Assembly (NCBI GenBank): GCA_963708135.1
Contig: OY970192.1
Location: forward strand, 4,896,001-4,960,000
From: an uncultured Gemmatimonadales bacterium
GTDB taxonomy: Bacteria > Gemmatimonadota > Gemmatimonadetes > Longimicrobiales > RSA9
DNA: 64,000 bases
Reading direction: 5' to 3'
Part shown: positions 1-11,091 of the stretch, in pieces
How positions within the stretch are numbered: position 1 is the stretch's first letter
How the letters are laid out: each line of letters opens with the position of its first letter
Translations under genes and position numbers: made by a program
Notes under the pieces: generated by a model
The model's database searches: none
What the model was told of the DNA's origin: nothing
The model's input: the letters and a program-made list of their open reading frames with translations, nothing else

Positions 1-516
1 CACGTCCTTACGAGTGACGAGGCCCATGCGCAGCGCCCTGGCCAGCGCCTGCTCCACCTCCCGGGAAGGGAGCGTCTCCGCGATGTCGAGCAGCGTCCGG
101 GCAGGGGTCGTCACCGGAATACCCTCGCGAATCGTCACCTCGTCCGCCCACACGTCACGCCGGCGGTGGATCCGGACCCCTTTGAGTCAACGTCGCTTTC
201 GGCGTGGCACGGTCACCTCCACGGTTGGGCGAGCGGCGGCGTCCAGCACGCCCTGCATTGCCGCCGCGCTCATGTGACTGATCCTGCCTTCCGGGCCACA
301 CGCGAGCGTCGCGGCCGCTTCCGCGGCACATTCGGCCGGCAGCGGGCCGATCTGGTAGACGCCGCGCCACAACACCACGACGCGTCCCGCGCGTACCATT
401 CCGTCGATCGTATGGGCCGTCAGTCCGCGGCCCAGGAGCTGCGCGCGCGTCGCCACCCCATGCTGTGAGGCACCCAGCTCCCGCAGGATGCCTTCGACCT
501 CCACCCGCGTGCTCAT
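1..516 (-). pseudogene. AbiEi-like (type IV TA antitoxin N-domain)/DUF559-type gene with an in-frame TGA; runs off the window edge
   Basis: MSTRVEVEGILRELGASQHGVATRAQLL...RGVY...ISHMSAA. After TGA (187-189) the same frame continues LKGVRIHR...GIPVTTPARTLLDIA, collinear with the paralog at 13846-14772. Confidence 0.75.
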
Positions 517-824
517 CCGTTCAAGTTTTCCATTTCTCACCGCTCCTCGCCGTTCCCCGCCTCGGCTCCGCTGCGGGCCGCGCGTCGGCAACTCCACCCC
601 GGCAACCCCGGTCGGATCCTCGAGGCGCACTTGGCCGCTTCCAGTGCGGGTAGACCGTCCCCAAGAAGCGGTTGGATGACGGCGGGGCCGCCCCCACGCG
701 CCATAGCAACGCCAAGTGGGCCCCGTTCCCGGTGATCTCTGCGACGGGGCATGGTCAACGGCGCACCGGAACCCACTCCGATACGCTCATCTCGCCAACG
801 CGCCCGGGCGCCATCCTCCGCGTT

Positions 825-1220
825 GCCAGTCGGCACCCCCGCCAGCCGGCACCCCGCCAGCCGGCACCCCGCCAGCCGGCACTCCGCCAGTCGGCACCCC
901 CGCCAGTCGGCACCCCGCCAGCCGGCACTCCGCCAGTCGGCACCCCCGCCAGCCGGCACCGCCAGCCGGCACTCTGCCAGTCGGCACCCCGCCAGCCGGC
1001 ACCGCCAGCCGGCACCGCCAGCCGGCACTCCGCCAGCCGGCACCGCCAGCCGGCACTCCGCCAGCCGGCACCCCGCCAGCCGGCACCGCCAGCCGGCACG
1101 CCGCCAGCCGGCATCCGCCCGCCGGCACTTACGGCCCGGCACCCGCCCACCGGCACGTACGACCCGGCATCCGCCCGCCGGCACGTACGACTCGGCCCCC
1201 TGCCCGCCGACACACCGCCA
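825..1220. repeat. Imperfect tandem array of 13-16 bp units (GCCAG[C/T]CGGCAC[C/T]CC), decaying at the right end
   Basis: Read directly from the sequence; it generates repetitive shadow ORFs. Confidence 0.9.
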
Positions 1221-1322
1221 GCCCTGAGGCCCCAGGATCGTGCGGCGGCCGGGGCAGAGCCATGGCCATCCGGGTCATGTTCGGCACGCCTGTACTCGCG
1301 CCGGTCAGGTCGTGCAAGATGT

Positions 1323-1356
1323 GCGTCTTGACACCAAGTGTGGTAACACCTATATT
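1323..1356 (+). promoter_or_regulatory. Sigma70 promoter (TTGACA-17-TATATT) with an overlapping palindromic operator GTGTGGTAACAC
   Basis: -35 at 1328-1333, -10 at 1351-1356, ATG 6 nt later. The operator-like motif recurs at 1866-1892. Confidence 0.75.
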
Positions 1357-1362
1357 CTCGCC

Positions 1363-1830
1363 ATGACTGAAACGCTTCGTGACGAGATCCGCCAGCGCCG
1401 CCCGTTCCAGAGCCTCGAGCAGGAGGCGCACCTCAACGTCGTCCGCACGGCGGCGGTCTTGAGCGATGCCTTCGAGCAGATGCTCCGGCCGGCGGGCATC
1501 AGCGCCACGCAGTACAACGTGCTGCGCATCCTCCGCGGCGCGGAGCCGGAGGGGCTCTGCCGCAACGAGCTGCGCGACCGGATGCTCACCCGGATGCCGG
1601 ATGCGACACGCCTGCTCGACCGCCTGGAGGCCGCCGGCCTGGTCACCCGCGCGCGAGAGGCCGAGGACCGGCGCCTGGTCACCGCCCATATAACGGAGCG
1701 GGGCCGCTCGCTGCTGGATGAGCTCGACGCGCAGGTCGCCGCCGAGCACCGGCGGCGCCTCGGACACATGGACGAGAACGACCTCCGCACGCTCGTGACC
1801 CTGCTCGGCCGCGTGCGGCAGGCCCAGTGA
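1363..1830 (+). CDS. MarR family transcriptional regulator
   Basis: [14 protein letters not shown]...[26 protein letters not shown]...ITERG winged-helix signature. Confidence 0.92.
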   Translation: MTETLRDEIRQRRPFQSLEQEAHLNVVRTAAVLSDAFEQMLRPAGISATQYNVLRILRGAEPEGLCRNELRDRMLTRMPDATRLLDRLEAAGLVTRAREAEDRRLVTAHITERGRSLLDELDAQVAAEHRRRLGHMDENDLRTLVTLLGRVRQAQ

Positions 1831-1865
1831 CGTTGGTCGTACCGCGTTTCGTCTTGGCATATCGC

Positions 1866-1892
1866 GTGTTGTAACACCAAGTGTCGTACCGC
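1866..1892. promoter_or_regulatory. Putative MarR operator upstream of doxX (GTGTTGTAACAC-CAA-GTGTCGTACCGC)
   Basis: Palindrome matching the motif in the marR promoter, including a shared ACACCAAGTGT. Confidence 0.6.
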
Positions 1893-1930
1893 TGAATGCG
1901 ACACCCAGCAACCGATCAGGAGACCTTCCT

Positions 1931-2410
1931 ATGTCGCTATTCCAGGCTCCAACCGCCCGCCGGCACGATGCCGGACTGGGGATCCTGCGCGCCACCGTCG
2001 GCGCGATCTTCGTCGCGCACGGCGCGCAGAAGCTGTTCGTCTACGGCTTCGCCGGCGTGTCTGGCGCCTTCGCTCACATGGGCGTCCCGCTGGCGGGCGT
2101 GGTCGGCCCGGCGGTCGCGCTGCTGGAGTTCTTCGGCGGTCTGGCGCTCGTGCTCGGCCTTCTCACCCGCCTCGCCGCGCTGGGCCTCGCGCTGGACATG
2201 CTGGGGGCGATCCTGCTGGTGCACCTCAAGGCGGGCTTCTTCCTGCCGGGCGGGGCGGAGTTCGCGCTCTCGCTGCTCGGCGCCTCAAGCCTGCTGGCCC
2301 TTTCCGGCGGCGGCGCCTTCTCGGTAGATGCCCGGCTCGGGCGAGGGGCGGAGGGTCGGGAGATGGAGGCGCCGGCATCACTGCCTGCGGCGACGCGGCG
2401 TGCCGCCTGA
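1931..2410 (+). CDS. DoxX family membrane protein
   Basis: [18 protein letters not shown]...[19 protein letters not shown]...GGAEF...GGGAFSVD. Confidence 0.92.
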   Translation: MSLFQAPTARRHDAGLGILRATVGAIFVAHGAQKLFVYGFAGVSGAFAHMGVPLAGVVGPAVALLEFFGGLALVLGLLTRLAALGLALDMLGAILLVHLKAGFFLPGGAEFALSLLGASSLLALSGGGAFSVDARLGRGAEGREMEAPASLPAATRRAA

Positions 2411-2487
2411 TTCGGGCGCGAAGCACCGTGCTGGAGGCTGGAAATTCGTTGCTGGGGTGGCGGCGACGAGGGCGGCGCGGGCAGCGG

Positions 2488-2797
2488 CGCCATCCTCGTG
2501 GGTCGAGAAGGGCTGGATCGCGCGTCCCATCGAGGTCATGACCTGCGTTGCCAGGCGCTGCAGAGCCCAGTAGCGAAGCTTCTGGTTGGTGACCACGAGG
2601 GTGATGGTCGCGTTGTGGGTGGGGCCCCCGCGGGAGGCGGATCCTCCCCCTGCGGCGCCATCCACGGCGGGCTCACGGGATGATGGCGCTCCACCCGCGA
2701 AGGCGACGGCGCTCACTCACGGCGTCTCGTAGCCGCGCTCGGCATACGGGACGTTAATGGTTCCCGGGGCGCCGCCGCGCACGTCGGCCGCCGCCAC
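2488..2797 (-). pseudogene. Relic of a DmpA/NylC-like (peptidase S58, P1) hydrolase gene
   Basis: One frame reads AAADVRGGAPGTINVPYAERGYETP*VSAVAFAGG...THNATITLVVTNQKL...QVMTSMGRAIQPFSTHEDG. N- and C-terminal family motifs are joined by an internal deletion, with TGA at 2717-2719. Confidence 0.65.
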
Positions 2798-2850
2798 GTT
2801 CGAGGACCGGCTCATTGCGGAGGCATCGGGGTTGACCAGCAAAGGCGTCC

Positions 2851-4335
2851 TCAGGACGCGGCGCTGCCAGCCGAGGTGCTGGCCGTGATCGGGACGGGCG
2901 CGGCGTCGCGGGCCGAACGCGGCGATGTGGCCGCGCAGACACCGATCGTCACCGCGAGATTGAGAGCCAGCGCCAGGAAGCCGGCGTTCAGGCCCATGAA
3001 GGGATCGCGTCCTGACAGCATCAGGAAGGCGGCAGCGGCGATACCCACGGCCAGGCCCGAGAACACCCCGACGGCGTTGGCCCGGCGCCAGAAGAGCCCC
3101 AGGACCACGCCCGGGAAGAACTGCGCGACGCCGGCGTAACCTACGAGCAGAAGCGCCACGATCGTCTTCGAGTTCATGAGCGCCAGAACCACGGCCACGC
3201 CCATGATCACGACGGCGGCCCGCCGCGCCAGAGTGGCCACCTCCATGTCGCTCATGCCGGGCGCGAACAGCGGGCGGTAGAGGTTCTTGGCGAACAGGGT
3301 CGAGGCGGTCAGCGTCAGGATGGCCGAAGGCACCATCGCCGTGAGCGCCCCTGCTCCGCCCACGATGCCCAGCAGCCAGGGCGGGAACGTCTGCCGGACG
3401 AGCGTCAACAGGGAAAGGTCCCCGTTCGAGAGTCCCGGAACGACCAGCACGGCGGCGAAGCCGGCGAACAGGAGGAAGGGCAGCGTGAGCGAGTAGAGCG
3501 GCATGACCACGGCATTCCGGCGCAGGGTGTCCGCGCTCCGGGCCGTGAAGCTCGCGCCGAAGAGGTGCGGCCAGCAGAACCCTCCCAGCGCCGTGAGGAG
3601 CACCGTCGAGATGTACCAGCTGTGCCCCTGCGTCGTGGTGGCGCCCGGCATGGTGAGGTGCGAGGGGCTGGCGTGGATCAGCGCCCTGAACATGGGCCCG
3701 ATCCCGCCGAACCAGTGGAGCGGCACGACGATGCCGATGACGAGCGCGGCGCCGAGCATCAGCAGGTCCTTCAGCACGCCCACCCAGGCCACGGCGCGGA
3801 TCCCGCTCGCAAAGACGAAGGCCGCCACCAGGACCGCGCCGATGACCAGCGCGCCGGTGCGGCCGATGGCGCCGTAGCTCGACGCCTCCACGATGATCCC
3901 CATCCCGGCCAGCTGCAGCTCCAGGTACGGAATCGTGAACACCACTCCCGCCAGCGCGACCAGGGCGGCCAGCGCCACGCTGCCGTAGCGTTGGCGGAAG
4001 TAGTCCGACTCGGTCTGCAGGCCGTGCTCCCGCGCCACCTCCCACACCGGCGGCAGGACGAAGAACATCACGACGTAGGCCAGCGTGATGTAGGCCAGGA
4101 TGTAGAGGGTCGGTCCTCCGCGGGAGTACGCCCAGCCGCTCGCGCCAAGGAAGGAGAACGTGGTGTAGACCTCGCCCGCCATCAGGAGCCACACCAGCAC
4201 CACCCCGAAGCCCCGCCCGGCCACCGTCCACTGCTCCAGGTCCATCTCCCGGTGCGCGCCCGCCCGAAAGCCGATGAACGAGCCCAGGAGGATGATGGCG
4301 AGAATGATGACCAGCGCCGTGGCCGGGGCGCTCAT
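2851..4335 (-). CDS. Sodium:solute symporter family protein (YhjB-like)
   Basis: EQWTVAGRGFG...LMAGEVYTTFSFLGASGWAY and many TM helices. Confidence 0.92.
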   Translation of the reverse strand: MSAPATALVIILAIILLGSFIGFRAGAHREMDLEQWTVAGRGFGVVLVWLLMAGEVYTTFSFLGASGWAYSRGGPTLYILAYITLAYVVMFFVLPPVWEVAREHGLQTESDYFRQRYGSVALAALVALAGVVFTIPYLELQLAGMGIIVEASSYGAIGRTGALVIGAVLVAAFVFASGIRAVAWVGVLKDLLMLGAALVIGIVVPLHWFGGIGPMFRALIHASPSHLTMPGATTTQGHSWYISTVLLTALGGFCWPHLFGASFTARSADTLRRNAVVMPLYSLTLPFLLFAGFAAVLVVPGLSNGDLSLLTLVRQTFPPWLLGIVGGAGALTAMVPSAILTLTASTLFAKNLYRPLFAPGMSDMEVATLARRAAVVIMGVAVVLALMNSKTIVALLLVGYAGVAQFFPGVVLGLFWRRANAVGVFSGLAVGIAAAAFLMLSGRDPFMGLNAGFLALALNLAVTIGVCAATSPRSARDAAPVPITASTSAGSAAS

Positions 4336-4619
4336 CGCGACTCCTCCGGCGGGCCGCGTCGACTGTCATCGGGCGGCCGGCGCTCCGCGGCTGCCTCGGG
4401 CTCACCGACCCCGTCCCGCTCCTCGCCCGTCCGACGCTCCAGCCGGTACGCGCCCCACATGCACACCGGGGCGAGCACCATCCACAGCATGAGCCAGAAG
4501 ATGTTGAACGGCAGGCCCGCCACCACCGGGTGGATCCGATCCCAGACGCCGACCGTGAAGCAGATGGCGATGAAGGGGATCAGGCCGAGCGCGAGCGCCG
4601 GCCAGGAGGGTCTTCTCAT
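4332..4619 (-). CDS. DUF3311-like small membrane protein, partner of the symporter
   Basis: Two TM segments, DRIHPVVAGLPFNIFWLMLW; 4-nt overlap with the symporter. Confidence 0.8.
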   Translation of the reverse strand: MRRPSWPALALGLIPFIAICFTVGVWDRIHPVVAGLPFNIFWLMLWMVLAPVCMWGAYRLERRTGEERDGVGEPEAAAERRPPDDSRRGPPEESR

Positions 4620-5022
4620 GCCGGTCACGTGGTCAGCTCCATGGCACGCGGCCCACAGGTTCTCGGAGGGATTCAGGCGAACGTACGCCCCGAAACGCGC
4701 ATCGGCAAGCCGACACGCCGGGCCCGCCGCGACTCTCAATCCACGAACGTGTTCCGACTCAGCCGCCCCCGGCACGCGTCCTCATGAGGTCGTACCAGAG
4801 GCACGTGAGCTGCTCCGGGTGCGCGCGGACCAGGTCCAACCGAGCACCGAAGTTCGGCCCCCCGGGGTTCGGCCCTTGCGTGGGGCGGCCGGCCATGATC
4901 CTCCGTCCGGCCGACCGGGGGGCGTCCGCCGATCGCCTGGCCAACGCGTTGAAGGCCACCGCGACCCGGTCGTTGCCGATCTCGAGATGTTCGACCTGGT
5001 CTGGCGCACCGAGGACCGCTTC

Positions 5023-5375
5023 GGGTGCCGCAGTCGGGTGCCGCAGTCGGGTGCCGCAGTCCGGGTGCCGCAGTCGGGTGCCGCAGTCCGGGTGCCGCAG
5101 TCGGGTGCCGCAGTCCGGGTGCCGCAGTCCGGGTGCCGCAGTCGGGTGCCGCAGTCCGGGTGCCGCAGTCGGGTGCCGCAGTCGGGTGCCGCAGTCGGGT
5201 GCCGCAGTCGGGTGCCGCAGTCGGGTGCCGCAGTCGGGTGCCGCAGTCGGGTGCCGCAGTCGGGTGCCGCAGTCGGGTGCCGCAGTCGGGTGCCGCAGTC
5301 GGGTGCCGCATCCCGGGTCCCGGGTCCCGGGTCCCGGTCCCGGTCCCGGACCCGGGCCCGGGCCCGGGCCCGGAC
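5023..5375. repeat. About 22 tandem copies of 13/14-bp GGGTGCCGCAGTC(C), followed by CCCGG[G/T] short repeats
   Basis: Read directly from the sequence, immediately downstream of the potC stop. Confidence 0.92.
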
Positions 5376-5381
5376 CCCCCC

Positions 5382-6254
5382 TCATTCCCTCCCCTGCCAC
5401 CACACGGTCCCCCCCAGCAGCGCCAGAAGCACCACCAGGATCCCCGTGGCCACCACGTTGATCTGCGCCGGGAACGCGGCCCGCCGCGCGCCGTAGACGT
5501 AGAGCGGGTACGTGACGCGCGTGCCGGCGTTGAAGAGGGTGATGATGAAGTCATCGAGCGAGAGGGCGAAGGTGAGCAGCGCGGCCGCCGCGATGCCCGG
5601 GGCGATGAGCGGCAGCGTGACCCTCGTCGCCACGCGGAGCGGCCGGGCGCCGAGGTCCATGGCGGCCTCCTCCAGGCGCCAGTCGAAGCCGCGCAGCCGC
5701 GCGCGAACGGTGATCGCCACGTAGCTGATCGAGAACATGATGTGCGCCACGACAATGGTGCCGAAGCCGGTCGGGATGCCGAGCTCGAGGAAGAGCGAGA
5801 GCAGCGAGGAGCCGAGCACCACCTCCGGCACCGCGAGCGGCAGGATGAGCAGCAGGCTCACGAGCCCGCTGCCGCGGAACCGGTAGCGGGTGAGCGCGAG
5901 CGCGACGAGGGTGCCGAGCACGGTCGCCACCGACGTCGCCACCGCGGCCACCTCAACGCTGAGCCTGAGCGCGTCCACCAGCGCCGGGTACTCGAAGGGC
6001 GCCAGCCACGCGTGCAGCGAGAAGCCCTTCCAGACGAAGTTGAACTTGCCGACCGGGGCGTTGAAGCTGTACAGCACGACCACGAAGATCGGCAGGAACA
6101 GGTACAGCAGCACCGCGAGGGCGACGCCATCCAGCAGCCTCCCCGGCCAGCGCGCGCCCACGGCACCCGCAGGGCCCGCGGGCCTCGCGCCAGCTGCGGG
6201 ACCCGCGGCGCCCGCGGCACCACCGGGCGCCCGCGCCGACGCTGCCGTCCTCAC
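5382..6254 (-). CDS. potC: Polyamine ABC transporter permease (PotC-like)
   Basis: LYLFLPIFVVVLYSFN...LEEAAMDLGA...FALSLDDF; GTG start overlaps the potB stop (GTGA). Confidence 0.85.
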   Translation of the reverse strand: MRTAASARAPGGAAGAAGPAAGARPAGPAGAVGARWPGRLLDGVALAVLLYLFLPIFVVVLYSFNAPVGKFNFVWKGFSLHAWLAPFEYPALVDALRLSVEVAAVATSVATVLGTLVALALTRYRFRGSGLVSLLLILPLAVPEVVLGSSLLSLFLELGIPTGFGTIVVAHIMFSISYVAITVRARLRGFDWRLEEAAMDLGARPLRVATRVTLPLIAPGIAAAALLTFALSLDDFIITLFNAGTRVTYPLYVYGARRAAFPAQINVVATGILVVLLALLGGTVWWQGRE

Positions 6255-7126
6255 GCCAGGTCCTCCGTCCCGAGGAAGCGCGTGTACATGCCCACCAGCG
6301 TGAGGATGATCGCCACCAGCACGACTGAGAGCGACGCCGCGAGGGCGTAGTCCTGCACCACCAGGAACCGCACCTGCACGACCGAGCCGATCATCTGCTG
6401 GTTCGGGCCGCCCAGCAGCTCGGCGTTGACGAAGTCGCCGGCGGCGGGGATGAACGTGAGCAGCGTGCCCGCGAACACGCCGGGTAGCGAGAGCGGGAGG
6501 ACCACGCGAAGGAAGGCCCGACGCGCGTCGCAGTACAGGTCCTGCGCCGCCTCCACGAGCCTCCGATCGATCTTCTCCAGGCTGACGTAGATCGGCAGGA
6601 TCATGAACGGCAGGAAGTTGTAGGTCAGCCCGCCCACCACCGCCCAGACCGTGTCCAGCAGCCGCCCCTGCGGCGGCAGCAGGTGCAGCCCCCCGAGCAG
6701 CGCCACGGCCGGCCCGCCGTCGTTCAGGATCGTCTTCCACGCGAAGGTGCGAACCAGAAACGTGACGAAGAAGGGCAGCGCCACGAGCCCGAGCAGGAGG
6801 TTCTTCAGCCGGCCCGAGCGGAAGGCGATCACGTACGCCAGCGGGTAGCCCAGGAGGAGCGCCAGCGCCGTGGCGGCGCCAGCGTAGCCAAAGCTCCGCG
6901 CAATGTGCCCGCCGTACTGCGTGAACGCACGCGCGTAGGCCATCCACCACGCGCCGCTGCCGGCGCCGAACGACGTCCGGATCAGCGCGCCCACGGGCAC
7001 GACGCAGAAGGCGACGAGCCAGAGCACCCCCGGCGCGATCAGCAGCCAAGGCGCGAGCCGCCGGCGCCGATCCGGCCGGGCCGCGGCCCGGCGTCCCTCC
7101 ACGGCGTCCCGCACGACGGTCGCCAC
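6251..7126 (-). CDS. potB: Polyamine ABC transporter permease (PotB-like)
   Basis: LPFFVTFLVRTFAW...YNFLPFMILPIYVSLEKIDRRLVEAAQDL. Confidence 0.88.
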   Translation of the reverse strand: MATVVRDAVEGRRAAARPDRRRRLAPWLLIAPGVLWLVAFCVVPVGALIRTSFGAGSGAWWMAYARAFTQYGGHIARSFGYAGAATALALLLGYPLAYVIAFRSGRLKNLLLGLVALPFFVTFLVRTFAWKTILNDGGPAVALLGGLHLLPPQGRLLDTVWAVVGGLTYNFLPFMILPIYVSLEKIDRRLVEAAQDLYCDARRAFLRVVLPLSLPGVFAGTLLTFIPAAGDFVNAELLGGPNQQMIGSVVQVRFLVVQDYALAASLSVVLVAIILTLVGMYTRFLGTEDLA

Positions 7127-7131
7127 GCCGC

Positions 7132-8255
7132 TCAGACGCCCATGGCGCGGTAGAAGAGGCGGTTGTAGCTGCGGTCCTCCTCGTCGCTCAATGCCCGGAA
7201 GTCATGCAGCCGCGCGCGCAGCGCGGGACCCGGGTTGACGAGGGGATTCCTCGCCAGCGCCGGCGCCGTCCTCGCCAGCTCGCGCCCCGTGCCCGCGACC
7301 GGCGAGATGTAGAGCGTGGCCTCCACGATGCGCGCGGCCACCGCCGGCTGGTAGACGTAGTTCATCCAGGCCATCGCCACCCTGACCCGGTGCGACGGCG
7401 CCGGGATGAACATGCAGTCCGAGAACCACATCCCGCCCTCCTCCGGCACCACGAACCCAAGGTCCGGGTTGTCCTGGGCCAGCCCGGCCGCGTCGCCGGA
7501 GTATGCCACCGCCACGGCGATGTTGCCGCTGGCCAGGTCCTCCGTGTAGTCGTTGCCGGTGAAGGCGCGGATCTGCCCGTTCTCGCGGTAGCGCTGCACC
7601 AGCGCGCACGCCGCGTCGACGTCCGCCATCGTCGCGCGCTCCGGCGCACGGCCGTTGGCCAGCATCACGAGGCCGAGCGTGTCGCGCATCTCCGTGAGCA
7701 TCGTGACCCGGCCGCGAAAGCGCGGGTCGAACAGATCCCGCATCCCCGTCAGGTCCCGCCCCGTCCTGCGCCGATTGTACGCCAGCCCCGTCATCCCGGA
7801 CATCCACGGCACCGTGTACCTCCGGCCCGGATCGAAGGACGGGTGCCGCAGCTCCGGCAGCAGCCGCGCCTTGTCCGGGAACGCCGCATTGTCCAGCGGC
7901 CGGCACCACCCCAGCCGGATCATGCGCCCGACCATCCAGTCCGTGAGCACGACCACGTCCCGCTCGATGCTCTGCCCCCGCGCGAGCGCCGGCGCCACCT
8001 TCGCGAAGTACGCGTGCGTGTCGTTCACGTCTTCCGTGTAGCTCGCGTGGATGCCGGTGGCGTTCTCGAATAGCCTCGTCGTGGCCGAGTCGATGTAGAG
8101 CGGCCAGTTCGAGATGCGTACCGCATGCGACGCATCCGCCGCCGCCTCGCCGGCGATCGCCTCCCGCTCGCCGCGGCGGCACCCGGCCAGCAGCGGCCCG
8201 CCCAGGGCGAGGCCGCCGGCCAGCCGTGCGCCGCGAGCGAGAAAGCGGCGGCGGT

Positions 8256-8259
<4 letters not shown>
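7132..8259 (-). CDS. potD: Polyamine ABC transporter substrate-binding protein (PotD/PotF-like), Tat lipoprotein
   Basis: NRRRFL Tat motif, LAGC lipobox, ISNWPLYID, SFDPGRRYTVPW, PEEGG. Confidence 0.85.
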
Positions 8260-9362
<1,103 letters not shown>

Positions 9363-9442
9363 GCGGAGCAAGATGGGTCTTGACCTCGTCCGCGCAAAGG
9401 AGCTAGCCTGCGGCCTCGACCACTCTCTGCCCGGAGCATGCC

Positions 9443-10213
9443 ACGCTCGCTCTCACCCGCGCCGTGAGCCCCGCGCTCGACGCCTGCGAGCTCACGCACC
9501 TCGAGCGACAGCCCATCGACCACGCGCGCGCGGCGCTCGAGCACGCCGCATACGAGGATGCGCTGCGTGCCCTCGGCGCGACGGTGGTTCGCATCCCGCC
9601 CGCGCCGGAGCTGCCGGACTCCGTCTTCATCGAGGACGCGGCCATCGTGCTGGACGAGGTCGCGGTGATCACGCGGCCCGGTGCCGCCTCCCGGCGCGCG
9701 GAGACGGCCGCCGTGGCCGAGGCGCTGCGAACTTACCGCCCGCTCGCGCACATCACGGCGCCGGCCACGCTCGACGGCGGCGACGTGCTGCGCGTCGGCC
9801 GCACGCTGTATGTCGGCCGCTCCTCGCGCACCAACGCGGCCGGGCTCGAGCAGCTCACGGAGCTGCTCAGCCCCTGGGGCTACCGCGTCACCGCCGTTCC
9901 GGTGTCGGGTTGCCTGCACCTGAAGAGCGCCGTGACCGAGGTGGCGGACGGGCTGCTGCTGGCGAACCCGTGCTGGGTGGCGCCGGCCGCCTTCGCCCCG
10001 CACGAGGTCCTCCCGGTAAGCGACGGCGAGCCCGCCGCCGCCAACGCCCTCCGCCTCGGCCGCGCCGTGGTCTTCCCGGCGCACCACCCGCGCACCGCGC
10101 ACCGGCTGGAGGAGGCCGGGCTGCGCGTCGTGCGGGTGCCCGCCGCGGAGCTGTCGAAGGCCGAGGGCGGCGTCACCTGCTGCAGCCTCATCGTCGGGAG
10201 TCCCCCGGGGTGA
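9443..10213 (+). CDS. Dimethylarginine dimethylaminohydrolase / amidinotransferase family; start uncertain (first canonical in-frame start is GTG 9464)
   Basis: LPDSVFIED, LDGGDVL, CLHLKS, SKAEGGVTCCS. Putative promoter TTGACC(9380)-18-TAGCCT. Confidence 0.88.
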   Translation, partial: TLALTRAVSPALDACELTHLERQPIDHARAALEHAAYEDALRALGATVVRIPPAPELPDSVFIEDAAIVLDEVAVITRPGAASRRAETAAVAEALRTYRPLAHITAPATLDGGDVLRVGRTLYVGRSSRTNAAGLEQLTELLSPWGYRVTAVPVSGCLHLKSAVTEVADGLLLANPCWVAPAAFAPHEVLPVSDGEPAAANALRLGRAVVFPAHHPRTAHRLEEAGLRVVRVPAAELSKAEGGVTCCSLIVGSPPG

Positions 10214-10316
10214 GGGATCGCTGCCGCGCCGCGAGGGGAGGCTGCTCGTGGAGCGCTTCCGGCGCGCGCTGGGACATTCGGCGTGCTAAGGCGCTTGCCG
10301 GGTGGGGTCCCGAGCC

Positions 10317-11084
10317 TCAGCGCACCACGCGCAGCAGCTCGTCGCGGTAGGTCCGGCTCACCCGCAGCCGCTCGCCGCCACGCAGCATGGCGAGGTAGTC
10401 GCCGCCGAACCAGCTGTGGACCTCCTCGATCCACGCGATGTTGACCACCGCCGAGCGATGGACGCGCACGAAGACGGCCGGATCGAGACGGCGCAGCAGC
10501 CCCTTCAGGGAATAGCGGATCACGTGCGCGTCGTCGCCTTCGGTGTGCAGTCGTACGTAGTTGCCGGCGGCCTCGATCCACGCCACGTCCTCGACCGCCA
10601 CGAAGCGGACGCGGTCGCCGTCGCGGATGGCGATGCGGCTGGCCCAGGCGCCTCCTCGCGCCTCCGCCCGCATCTCCTCGAGCAGCGTGGCCAGGCGCTC
10701 GCCGAGGGCGGCGCTCCGGCCGGCCTCGACCCGCCCGCTCGCGTGGGTGATCGCCGCGGCGAGGCGCTCCGGCTGGAACGGCTTCAGCACGTAATCGACG
10801 GCGTGCACCTCGAAGGCGTGCAGCAGATGCTCCTCGTGCGCGGTGACGAAGACCACCTCCGGCATGGAGGCGGCACCGACGCGCTCGATGACGTCGAACC
10901 CGCTCATCTCCGGCATCTGCACGTCCAGCAGCACAAGGTCCGGTCGGAGCGTGGCGATCGCGGCCACCGCCTCCGCGCCGTCGCCGCACTCGCCGACGAT
11001 TTGCACGCCCGGCAGGGAGTCGGCGGTCCGGCGCACGAAGTCGCGCGCGAGCGGCTCATCGTCGACGATCAGCGCCCGCACCAC
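10317..11084 (-). CDS. LytTR family response regulator
   Basis: IVDDEPLAR, LLDVQMPEMSG, FVTAH, FVRVHRSAVVN, LRVSRTY. Confidence 0.93.
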   Translation of the reverse strand: MVRALIVDDEPLARDFVRRTADSLPGVQIVGECGDGAEAVAAIATLRPDLVLLDVQMPEMSGFDVIERVGAASMPEVVFVTAHEEHLLHAFEVHAVDYVLKPFQPERLAAAITHASGRVEAGRSAALGERLATLLEEMRAEARGGAWASRIAIRDGDRVRFVAVEDVAWIEAAGNYVRLHTEGDDAHVIRYSLKGLLRRLDPAVFVRVHRSAVVNIAWIEEVHSWFGGDYLAMLRGGERLRVSRTYRDELLRVVR

Positions 11085-11091
11085 GTCCCCC

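Noticed and set aside
537..1366. Repetitive Pro/Ala/Arg-rich ORFs on both strands
   Set aside because: They are translations of a non-triplet tandem repeat in stop-poor, high-GC DNA.
4759..5020. Protein-like stretch (EHLEIGNDRVAVAFNAL...HPEQLTCLWYDLMR) on the minus strand
   Set aside because: It may be a gene relic, but it has no start and no family I can recognise.
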